Part shown: positions 15,077-22,741 of the stretch, in pieces
Numbering within the stretch: the first letter of the stretch is position 1
How the letters are laid out: each line of letters opens with the position of its first letter
The notes under the pieces: generated by a model
Databases searched by the model: none
Seen by the model: the letters and a program-made list of their open reading frames with translations, nothing else
Told to the model about the DNA's origin: nothing
Source: Candidatus Saccharimonadota bacterium
GTDB taxonomy: Bacteria > Patescibacteriota > Saccharimonadia > Saccharimonadales > Saccharimonadaceae
Assembly: GCF_025273655.1 (NCBI RefSeq)
Contig: NZ_CP045921.1
Coordinates: forward strand, 690,001 to 722,000
Reading direction: 5' to 3'
Length of the DNA stretch: 32,000 nucleotides
Program-made: the position numbers and the translations under genes

Positions 15077-16141
15077 CTACTGCACCACTTGTGAACTCTG
15101 AGCACTCTGCTGTTGCTGCTCTTGGAAGATTTTGCCAAGTGACGTCAGCTCTTCTTGTACTGCACTCGACTCGATGATATTGTCGGTAGGCGCCGTGAGC
15201 GGCTCGCCAGATTTGAAATCAAGTGAGACGCGAGTGGTATTGACTTGATTATTGAGCGAGGATACTACTGTAATGTCGGTAATACGCCCATTTATGGCCG
15301 TCATCTTAGTTGTAACAGAAGATTTTTGACTCTGCGCTGTCTGCTGCTGGGCTGTAGCACTCGTCTTGGCTGCCGCCGCAGCCTCGGTGCCGAGTGGATC
15401 GTAAGTTGAATCACATGATTTAGTAGCTTTGAAGAAGTCTGTCGTCTTAAGTGATTTGATGAAGCTCGTCATTGCATCTTCGTCGTAGTTAACCGTGTAT
15501 ACCTGTGTTGTGTCGTCTTTCTTCTCCACGCCATCTACTTTCAAAAAGCGATTACCGGAGAATATACCCGCCACCTGCTTGGAGGCACCGCTGTCACTAG
15601 AAATTTTTGCGAAAAGATCAGATGTACAGGTGTTGGAGGTATTCTTGCCTTGCTGAATCTTTACCCATTTGTTGTCTATTTTGCCGGCCAGCGAGGTAAG
15701 ATCTGTTTTAAGTGTTGGGGCGCTTGCACCGACAGTTTCTGCAACCTTTGGAGCATTTGAGATGTTGATGTATGTTGTAGCTTGCCCCAGATCCGAGTAT
15801 GCCTTGACTGGCACGTTGAGCTGCTCTCCCTGGTATGCGCCATCGACCTCACCTGTCAGAGATATCTTCTTGAGATCTTGCGCCACAAATGAACCTTTCA
15901 TGCTAAAGGTATTGGTCTGCGCCTGCTGGGCGAGTGAGAACTGACCGTTGATACGCGGCTCTTTGAGCGTGGCCACAACCGCCTCCATAAGTTTGGCTTC
16001 GTTGCCGCCAAAAGCTCGCGCCACAAAGTTGAACGCAAAAATAAGCGCCAGTGCGGCCACAATGCCTATCGCGAGAATCCCCACGCGTCGATATGGGCTA
16101 TCGACCTGTTCTTGTTGCTGTTTGGCACGTGATTCTGACAT
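15077..16141 (-). CDS. membrane-anchored exported protein, unknown function (paralog B)
   Basis: The track start 16165 is a TTG. ATG 16141 (MSESRAKQQQ...) has GAGGGA 4 nt upstream and TATAAT (minus, 16176-16181). One TM helix (VGILAIGIVAALALIFAFNFV), a soluble domain with two Cys and a Gln-rich tail. Confidence 0.65.
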   Translation of the reverse strand: MSESRAKQQQEQVDSPYRRVGILAIGIVAALALIFAFNFVARAFGGNEAKLMEAVVATLKEPRINGQFSLAQQAQTNTFSMKGSFVAQDLKKISLTGEVDGAYQGEQLNVPVKAYSDLGQATTYINISNAPKVAETVGASAPTLKTDLTSLAGKIDNKWVKIQQGKNTSNTCTSDLFAKISSDSGASKQVAGIFSGNRFLKVDGVEKKDDTTQVYTVNYDEDAMTSFIKSLKTTDFFKATKSCDSTYDPLGTEAAAAAKTSATAQQQTAQSQKSSVTTKMTAINGRITDITVVSSLNNQVNTTRVSLDFKSGEPLTAPTDNIIESSAVQEELTSLGKIFQEQQQQSAQSSQVVQ

Positions 16142-16189
16142 GTTTTCCCTCTCGTTATCTCGCAAAATTATTTCTATTATAGCACTTTG

Positions 16190-17485
16190 CTAAAAGCGTG
16201 AGAAGAATTGTGTTTTTGCCTCGAGCCACGCAGGCGTTTGTCGTACAAGTTGGTCATTGTCATCTATGCTATGCAAGATAACTTTCACTGCCTCTTCTAC
16301 AAAAATACCACCTTCGGAACCTTTTGCTAGGATTACCGCTCCTGGCTCAATAAATTGGTGCACATAACTGCCGGCGCTGATCGCATCTGGAAAACTTTTG
16401 ACAGGACAACCATTTGCTTGGGCCGCGGGAGCGAGATATTTCGCAGCTTCGTCGCCAACCGTCACCACCCAATCAATCTGATCTGGGTAACACATACGAC
16501 CAAGTCTTTCGTGTTCGGCAGCCGAGCTCGCGCCAAGCTCGTTCATACTACCGAGAATAGCAATGTGCTGCGGCGCCGGAAGATTGATAAGCGTCTGGAG
16601 TGCCATCTGGGCGGCGGCTGGGCTAGAGTTGTACGTGTCATCTATCACCGTAGATCCATTGGCGCCTTTTAGTACATTCATGCGGCCATGCACCGCGCGA
16701 ATCATCTCAGCACCACGCACAATAGCATCTGGTGCCATACCAAAGTGGATACCGACCGCTACTGCGCCAACAATGGGGCGCACATTATGCTCGCCGAGCA
16801 CGTGTAGAGTAGCATGGATATTGTCGGCAAACTCCGGATTGGTAAAGTAGCCCTTGTGGCCTCCTTCAAGCGAAAAATCTTCGTCGATAAACGAATACTC
16901 GGCCAGGCCGCTCGTGCCGTACGTATCAATGTTTGGGTTGGTGAGCAGCTGGGCAAAGCGGCCTTCTATATCGTCGCGGTTGATGATAACGACTTTACTG
17001 AAGTTGCCTAGGCTTAACTCTTCAGCCGCCACCGCGTCAATCGTGCCAAAAAACTCCATATGCTCTGGAGTAATTGCGGTTATCACCCCCACATCTGGCT
17101 GCAAGTAGCGGCCAAAAGCTGGGATATCACCTGGCTTGTCGGTACCAATCTCTTGGATTATCACGTCGACATCACTCTCGGCTTTGATACGCTCTTTGGC
17201 TTGCTTGAACACGTGTCGCCATGCAAGCGGACTGCGGATGTTGTCGGGGTATTCGATTCCTAGAATTGCTAGCGGCACGCTCATCTCGGTATTGTGATTG
17301 CCCTCGTGCATACGCACACGATATTGCTGACTCAAAACAGTGGCAATAGCTGTTTTGGTACTTGTCTTGCCAACGCTTCCTGCCACGCAGATAAGTTTGA
17401 CATCTTGGTGCGCCGCGAAATATTGGACAACGTAGTTTTCTAGCTTCTTTTGTACATAATCTTTGAACATGCTACGTATCAGCAT
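16190..17485 (-). CDS. murF: Mur ligase family protein, MurF-like (UDP-MurNAc-tripeptide--D-Ala-D-Ala ligase)
   Basis: P-loop VAGSVGKTSTKTAIATVL, GNHNTEMSVPLAILGI (MurF NNxxGVPLT-type), EIGTDKPGDI...ITPEHMEFFG, DDTYNSSPAAAQMAL, ILGSMNELG. The track start 17491 is a TTG; first ATG at 17485. Assignment among Mur ligases rests on motifs only. Confidence 0.75.
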   Translation of the reverse strand: MLIRSMFKDYVQKKLENYVVQYFAAHQDVKLICVAGSVGKTSTKTAIATVLSQQYRVRMHEGNHNTEMSVPLAILGIEYPDNIRSPLAWRHVFKQAKERIKAESDVDVIIQEIGTDKPGDIPAFGRYLQPDVGVITAITPEHMEFFGTIDAVAAEELSLGNFSKVVIINRDDIEGRFAQLLTNPNIDTYGTSGLAEYSFIDEDFSLEGGHKGYFTNPEFADNIHATLHVLGEHNVRPIVGAVAVGIHFGMAPDAIVRGAEMIRAVHGRMNVLKGANGSTVIDDTYNSSPAAAQMALQTLINLPAPQHIAILGSMNELGASSAAEHERLGRMCYPDQIDWVVTVGDEAAKYLAPAAQANGCPVKSFPDAISAGSYVHQFIEPGAVILAKGSEGGIFVEEAVKVILHSIDDNDQLVRQTPAWLEAKTQFFSRF

Positions 17486-17509
17486 AACCAATTATGGAAA
17501 TAATTTCTA

Positions 17510-17586
17510 TGGTGGAGCATAGCGGATTCGAACCGCTCGCCTCTTCCATGCCATGGAAGCGCTCTAGCCAAATGAGCTAATGCCCC
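17510..17586 (-). tRNA. tRNA-Ala (anticodon GGC), CCA encoded
   Basis: GGGGCATTAGCTCATTTGGCTAGAGCGCTTCCATGGCATGGAAGAGGCGAGCGGTTCGAATCCGCTATGCTCCACCA. G3:U70 identity pair present, anticodon loop ATGGCAT, T-loop TTCGAAT. Confidence 0.9.
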
Positions 17587-17619
17587 TTAATCCAATCCCA
17601 CAATTATACATGATTACTT

Positions 17620-18324
17620 CTACTTGTGTAGCTGCGCGAGCTTCGGAGTGACCACAAACAAGAGCACGGCTGCAAGTAGCACCGCAAACCCGCACATGAC
17701 GCTCGGAATAGCAGCGAGCGTCTCGGGCTGCAAGAGATTCGCCGCAATAGTTGGCACGATGAACACTAAATACCCGATTCCAAGCCAGTTAAGTGCACTT
17801 CGCCGGGCCGGCTGTTTCATGGCACGCGCATAGATAAACGCTGCTGCTGTACCAACCATGAGCCAGACATAGTAGTAGAGTATGTAATACGTGAGTGCCG
17901 GACGCGCCATCTCGAAAATCACGTAATTGCCTAAGCATGCACCTCCTTGCACCGCATGTCCAACTGTCAAGAAAAACGCCGAAAAACCTATCGCAATAGC
18001 ATAACCGAGACCAACGATAAGTCGCTGTGACTTGCCAGCGATTATCATACCGAGATGTACCCCCAGTGGCGGCAAAAACGATATCGCCACCCAGCCAACA
18101 CGCGCCCAGCCCAAGCTCGACAGATCCAGAGCCGACACACAAATCATATATTCGGCCAACTGAAAGATCGCAAGGCATAGCAGTACGGCAATAATGAGCT
18201 TACTTGCAGGCAGCGATCGATACCGCACCAGTACAATCAGCGCAGCAATCATCTCAAATGCAAATGTCAACAACATCACGAGCGGTGAAAAACAATACAA
18301 GGTTAGAGGATTACGGCGTGTCAT
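17620..18324 (-). CDS. polytopic membrane protein (about 7 hydrophobic segments), unknown function
   Basis: 234-aa ORF, hydrophobic throughout. No catalytic motif recognised. Confidence 0.6.
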   Translation of the reverse strand: MTRRNPLTLYCFSPLVMLLTFAFEMIAALIVLVRYRSLPASKLIIAVLLCLAIFQLAEYMICVSALDLSSLGWARVGWVAISFLPPLGVHLGMIIAGKSQRLIVGLGYAIAIGFSAFFLTVGHAVQGGACLGNYVIFEMARPALTYYILYYYVWLMVGTAAAFIYARAMKQPARRSALNWLGIGYLVFIVPTIAANLLQPETLAAIPSVMCGFAVLLAAVLLFVVTPKLAQLHK

Positions 18325-18351
18325 AGTAAGATCTCAGAAAAGAGCTGTTGC

Positions 18352-18379
18352 GCGCCCACCCGGGGCGCAGTTTTGTGTT
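18352..18379. other. GC-only hairpin with flanking T-run (terminator-like, orientation ambiguous)
   Basis: GCGCCC / GGGCGC stem (18352-18368) with 5-nt loop, followed on the plus strand by AGTTTTGTGTTGG. On the minus strand a T-run (CTCTTTTCTG) lies ~8 nt away. Confidence 0.35.
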
Positions 18380-18476
18380 GGAAAAAGCAATTTTTGTTTT
18401 CTCGTGGCAAAAGGCAGCCCCCTTTGCGCACCAGCTCGCCTACCAGTATGCGCCACTTAGCAAGAAAGCACAAGTA

Positions 18477-18899
18477 TTATCGAGCGAAAATCGGCAGTGG
18501 TGAATGCGCCCATGGCCAGTCGAGCCCCAGAATATCGCACATAAATCCATAGCCATTGAGTAGCCAGACTGTCAGCACCACCACAATAGCCGTTGCACAC
18601 CAGAAAAGCGCCCGTACTACTGCGCTCTGGGCAGCCAACCAGTGCTGCCATGCGTCGTATTTACCCTTCGCGAAATGCAGTATACGACCGGCCCACTCGA
18701 ACTCAGTTGCAAGTATTGCCAGCGCCGCAAACACGATCAGCCAGCCTGGACCCGGATATGGGATTGCGACGACTCCTACCACCAGCAGCAAACCGCCTGC
18801 GAGGCCGACTACTACTTTCTTCCCGTGACGTTTGGCTGCATCCATATATTTAGCATACCAGATACGACTCGTATTAAGTTTTTTCTCAAACTCTCTCAT
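18477..18899 (-). CDS. PGPGW-motif small membrane protein
   Basis: Track ORF trimmed to ATG 18899 (MREFEKKLN...). Contains the YPGPGW motif between hydrophobic helices (VVGVVAIPYPGPGWLIVFAALAIL), characteristic of the PGPGW transmembrane family. Start uncertain. Confidence 0.65.
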   Translation of the reverse strand: MREFEKKLNTSRIWYAKYMDAAKRHGKKVVVGLAGGLLLVVGVVAIPYPGPGWLIVFAALAILATEFEWAGRILHFAKGKYDAWQHWLAAQSAVVRALFWCATAIVVVLTVWLLNGYGFMCDILGLDWPWAHSPLPIFAR

Positions 18900-18943
18900 G
18901 TATACTACAAATAATATAGTAGTAATCAAAAGGGGCGTAACGC

Positions 18944-19432
18944 GTGCAAGACAACAAGGCAAAACTCATCGGACTAGTCGTAATTGCGCTACTCGCTATC
19001 GGCGGTACTGGCGCCGTAGTAGTACTCAACAAGCAGGACAGCGGACAGTCATCGGAAGCAACAACGACCGAACAGCAAACTCCGGCCACCGAAACTGATA
19101 GTGCCACCTCGAACAGCTCCACGACGGCGACGACGGATACCTACAAAGATGGTGAATACAGTGCCGACGGCACGTACCGCACACCTGGCGGCAACGAAAC
19201 GATCTCTGTCGATATCACGCTGAAAGACAATACTGTCACTGCCGTCAGCGTCGAAGGTAATGGTACTGGCGACTCAGCCGAGTATCAGGCCATGTTCAAA
19301 CAAGGCATCGCAAGTCAGGTTGTTGGTAAAAAGATTGATGAGCTCAATGTGTCTCGTGTCTCTGGTTCATCGCTCACTTCTACAGGATTCAACAATGCAC
19401 TCGATACCATCAAGCAGCAGGCTCAGGCATAG
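18944..19432 (+). CDS. membrane-anchored FMN_bind-domain protein (NqrC/RnfG/PplA-like flavinylation substrate)
   Basis: GTG start with AAAGGGG 8 nt upstream. TM helix (LIGLVVIALLAIGGTGAVVVL), Ser/Thr-rich linker, then an FMN_bind-type domain (YKDGEY..YRTPGG..ISVDITL..TVTAVSVEG) ending in VSRVSGSSLTSTGF, where such domains carry the [ST]GA[ST] flavin-attachment site. Confidence 0.8.
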   Translation: MQDNKAKLIGLVVIALLAIGGTGAVVVLNKQDSGQSSEATTTEQQTPATETDSATSNSSTTATTDTYKDGEYSADGTYRTPGGNETISVDITLKDNTVTAVSVEGNGTGDSAEYQAMFKQGIASQVVGKKIDELNVSRVSGSSLTSTGFNNALDTIKQQAQA

Positions 19433-20273
19433 GCTCTCGTTCGAAGCCATTGGTACCCGCTGGCATATCGACACCCCCACACATATACCTGCAGGTGCTG
19501 CAGCAGACATATACGCGGCTATTCAGGCATTTGATCAAAAATGGTCACGATTTCGCAGCGACTCGCAAGTCAGTGCACTACGCCTCACGGTTGGTACACT
19601 CGCGCTTGATGCAGACGAATACGCCATGTGGCAGCTCTATCGCCAAGTATACGATGCCACAGATAGTGCCGTGTCTCCGCTTGTAGCTGCGGCACTAGAA
19701 GCAAGCGGCTATGACGCAGCCTATTCGCTGACTCGTACGGCAGAAGCGACTGCAGCGCCCGACTGGGATGATGCGCTCTCGCTTGGTCACAACTCCCTCA
19801 CGGTTCACCAGCCCACGCTGCTCGATATTGGAGCCGCCGGCAAAGGCCTCCTTGTTGATCGTGTCGCCTCACTACTCAGTAATACGATTGATACGTATAC
19901 TATCGACGCAGGTGGCGATATCTACGTCGCGGGACATAGCGAGCGTATCGCACTCGAACATCCCGATAATGCGTCGTTCGCGATCGGTGTCGCTCATGTG
20001 GCCGACAGTGCACTCTGCGGCTCTGCGCCAAACAGACGCACATGGGCAGACACGCATCACATCATCGACGCGCGAAGCGGCGTGTCGACTACGCATATCG
20101 CAGCTACCTGGACACTCGCAGCTACTGCCATGGCAGCCGACCTAGCCACAACCACGCTGTTTTTTCTCCCACCCGAGTCTACGCAGCAGCTTATCCCATG
20201 TCAGCCTGTCGTGATGAATACAAACGGTCAACTGCGCTATACTACAAACAAAGATATGGAAATATATGCGTAA
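19395..20273 (+). CDS. apbE: ApbE-family FAD:protein FMN transferase
   Basis: Track ORF 19260-20273 trimmed to ATG 19395 (38-nt overlap with the upstream gene). ApbE motifs FEAIGTRWHI (F-x-AMGT type), TIDAGGDIYVAG, ALCGSAPNRR and HHIIDARSG. No N-terminal signal peptide or lipobox visible. Confidence 0.85.
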   Translation: MHSIPSSSRLRHRLSFEAIGTRWHIDTPTHIPAGAAADIYAAIQAFDQKWSRFRSDSQVSALRLTVGTLALDADEYAMWQLYRQVYDATDSAVSPLVAAALEASGYDAAYSLTRTAEATAAPDWDDALSLGHNSLTVHQPTLLDIGAAGKGLLVDRVASLLSNTIDTYTIDAGGDIYVAGHSERIALEHPDNASFAIGVAHVADSALCGSAPNRRTWADTHHIIDARSGVSTTHIAATWTLAATAMAADLATTTLFFLPPESTQQLIPCQPVVMNTNGQLRYTTNKDMEIYA

Positions 20274-21777
20274 ACTGCTTTCAAGCCTAGAATCGCTCAC
20301 CAATTCACTCACGATGTATATGGTGACGGTCTACGCGCTACTCGCCATTGTCTTGGTGTCGCTGCTACTCAGTGCTGTAGGCGAACTTGGATTCCCCGTA
20401 TTGGCACTGCTCGCGACGCTTTTGACAGTACTTGCCAGCACATATCTCTCTAGTCGGCTCTGCGCCTGGACATTTGGCACGCAGCACAACCGAGCATCGG
20501 GTCTTATCACATCACTCATTTTGTACTTGACGCTTGCACCGGGAGATACTGCCGTAGAACTATTCAAAATCGCGCTAATCGGCTGTATTGCAAGTGTCTC
20601 AAAATATTTACTCGTCTGGCGCGGTCGGCATATCTTCAACCCAGCCGCACTCGCACTCGCACTCGGCAGCTTCCTTGGCTTAAGCTCCGCATTATGGTGG
20701 GTCGGCACGCCGCTGCTACTGCCGGTCGTACTTATCACAGGGCTTATCATCGTTACCAAAACGCGGCGGTATGCCATGGTAACTACATTTACTGTTGTCG
20801 CCATCGTGACATCGATAGCGGTCGCAGCATCTACCAGCTATCCAGTCCTAGATGCACTGCGGCTTGATATACTATCTGGACCTCTAGCATTTTTTGCCGC
20901 TGTCATGCTCACCGAACCACTTACTTCCCCTGCCACTCGGCGTCACCAAATAGGCTATGCTGGACTTGTAGGGCTACTATATAGCGCACAGCTGCCGTGG
21001 GTCTCAACTCCCCACATCTCTCTCCTAGTCGGCAATCTGTATCGGCTTATTGTGCAGCCACAGCGCAGTGCACTGTCGCTCCGTGTCATATCAGTCAGTG
21101 AGATTGCACCCGGCGTCTACGAACTACAAGCAATGCCAGCACATGCAATTCGCTATACAGCCGGACAGTACCTCGAGCTGCAGGTACCTCACGCGAAACA
21201 AGATAGTCGTGGTACGCGTCGAATCTTTTCAATTGCGTCGTCGCCAGACGAGAAGACTCTGCGGCTTACCACTCGTGTACCCACACACAAAGCGAGTAGT
21301 TTCAAGCACGCCTTCGTACGACTCACCCCCGATACCCAACTCCGCGCTACCTATATAGGCGGCGATTTCGTACTACCGCACGATCCCAAAGCGCCACTCC
21401 TATGGGTTGCTGGTGGTATCGGGATTACGCCATTTCGTGCCATGGCCGCGTCTCTTCTATCTGCACATGATATGCGCCCTGTCATACTCTTCTATCAGGC
21501 ATATACACCGAGAGACTTAGCGTATTTGTCGTTTTTCACACGTGCAGCACGAAGTCTCTCGCTCACAATCATCCCAGTGGTAGCTGAAGCACCGGCAAAC
21601 TGGACGGGCGAAACAGGGCGCGTATCACGTACGTTACTCGGGCGCTACGTTCCAGACATTCATATGCACCATGTGTACATCTCTGGTGCACCGGCTATGG
21701 TAGAATCTACCCGCAGCCTCTTCGCACACGACTACAAACCCGTGCAAATCATGACTGACCACTTTAGCGGCTATTAA
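20266..21777 (+). CDS. fusion protein: NqrB/RnfD-like polytopic membrane domain + FNR-type FAD/NAD(P)H oxidoreductase domain
   Basis: The start overlaps the apbE stop by 8 nt. N-terminal ~250 aa are hydrophobic, with RHIFNPAALALALG and FFAAVMLTEPLTSP (RnfD/NqrB-like strings). C-terminal ~240 aa carry RRIFSIASSP (RxYS-type FAD site), LWVAGGIGITPF (NAD(P) site) and VYISGAPAMV. Confidence 0.8.
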   Translation: MRKLLSSLESLTNSLTMYMVTVYALLAIVLVSLLLSAVGELGFPVLALLATLLTVLASTYLSSRLCAWTFGTQHNRASGLITSLILYLTLAPGDTAVELFKIALIGCIASVSKYLLVWRGRHIFNPAALALALGSFLGLSSALWWVGTPLLLPVVLITGLIIVTKTRRYAMVTTFTVVAIVTSIAVAASTSYPVLDALRLDILSGPLAFFAAVMLTEPLTSPATRRHQIGYAGLVGLLYSAQLPWVSTPHISLLVGNLYRLIVQPQRSALSLRVISVSEIAPGVYELQAMPAHAIRYTAGQYLELQVPHAKQDSRGTRRIFSIASSPDEKTLRLTTRVPTHKASSFKHAFVRLTPDTQLRATYIGGDFVLPHDPKAPLLWVAGGIGITPFRAMAASLLSAHDMRPVILFYQAYTPRDLAYLSFFTRAARSLSLTIIPVVAEAPANWTGETGRVSRTLLGRYVPDIHMHHVYISGAPAMVESTRSLFAHDYKPVQIMTDHFSGY

Positions 21778-21789
21778 AACTCATAACAT

Positions 21790-22680
21790 CTACACAGTAA
21801 GCTGTGTACGAGTAGCGAGCAGATCGTAGCAAAAACGTACATTCGCAGCCTGAGATTGGCGCACATCAGTCAGCTGACCATCACTTGTGCCCAACACCTC
21901 CAGCCAATATCCAAGCGTCGACACGATCGCCTGCTCATCAAACAAACTAGGGTATTTATCATACACATCGTAGCCGCTTCGCGCCACGCTGACACAAAGC
22001 GATGCAATATCGAGCGCGTCATCGCCGACACAAAGCCATGTCCAGTCAATTAGCTTACCGGTGCGCGTCTGTGGATCATAGGCGAAGTTATCGGCGCGAA
22101 GATCGTCGTGTACGAGCGTATCCTGACGTACATGCCATACCTGCATCAGCTCGTTGCAGCGCGCTACCATAGCGGGAGTTACAGTAATACCCTGGCTTCG
22201 CATCAGCACATCGTTTGCACGAGAAAGCACTGTCTCGCTATGCAATTCGGGCCAACGGTTTTGCACTCCAACGACTTTGCGCATCGAGAAGTCTGTATCG
22301 GCCTCAAACAAATACCGTAGCGCCTTCAGATCTTTGCGCGCTCGCATGATTGCATGGAGCTTATCGTCGCTCCACGATGGAGTAAAGTCGTAGCCAAGCA
22401 TAGCCTGAATTGCAAATGCCGTCTCATCAGCATTGACCGCGAGCAACCGTGGCATATAGTCGTAGCCCGCTTCTTGCAAGATCTTATACGCTTTGATTTC
22501 TTTGCGTGTCCAATGTGCCGAGTTTTCGTCCATAGCACACTTCACGAAGACCTGCGAACCGTCAAGAAGATTGATTAAGCCCGTGTACGCAGCCGTAAAA
22601 CCCTGATCAGCTTGCTGCAACCCAGGAATGCGCGGAGCAATATCTGCTTGCCAGTCATAATAATAAACAAATTTATCCAT
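21790..22680 (-). CDS. APH/choline-kinase-like phosphotransferase
   Basis: 296 aa. Kinase catalytic loop LVHDDLRADNFAY (HxDxxxxN) and GKLIDWTWLCVGD (DxD-type metal site). Substrate unknown. Confidence 0.75.
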   Translation of the reverse strand: MDKFVYYYDWQADIAPRIPGLQQADQGFTAAYTGLINLLDGSQVFVKCAMDENSAHWTRKEIKAYKILQEAGYDYMPRLLAVNADETAFAIQAMLGYDFTPSWSDDKLHAIMRARKDLKALRYLFEADTDFSMRKVVGVQNRWPELHSETVLSRANDVLMRSQGITVTPAMVARCNELMQVWHVRQDTLVHDDLRADNFAYDPQTRTGKLIDWTWLCVGDDALDIASLCVSVARSGYDVYDKYPSLFDEQAIVSTLGYWLEVLGTSDGQLTDVRQSQAANVRFCYDLLATRTQLTV

Positions 22681-22741
22681 ACGTAACCGAGCTAAGCATG
22701 AGTGTCATTGTCACTATCTTAGCAAATAGCGGAATGTAGCA

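Noticed and set aside
19260-19394. Upstream 45 codons of the ApbE ORF
   Set aside because: Would overlap the FMN_bind gene by >170 nt and adds no signal peptide or conserved sequence. ATG 19395 sits just before the conserved FEAIGT motif.
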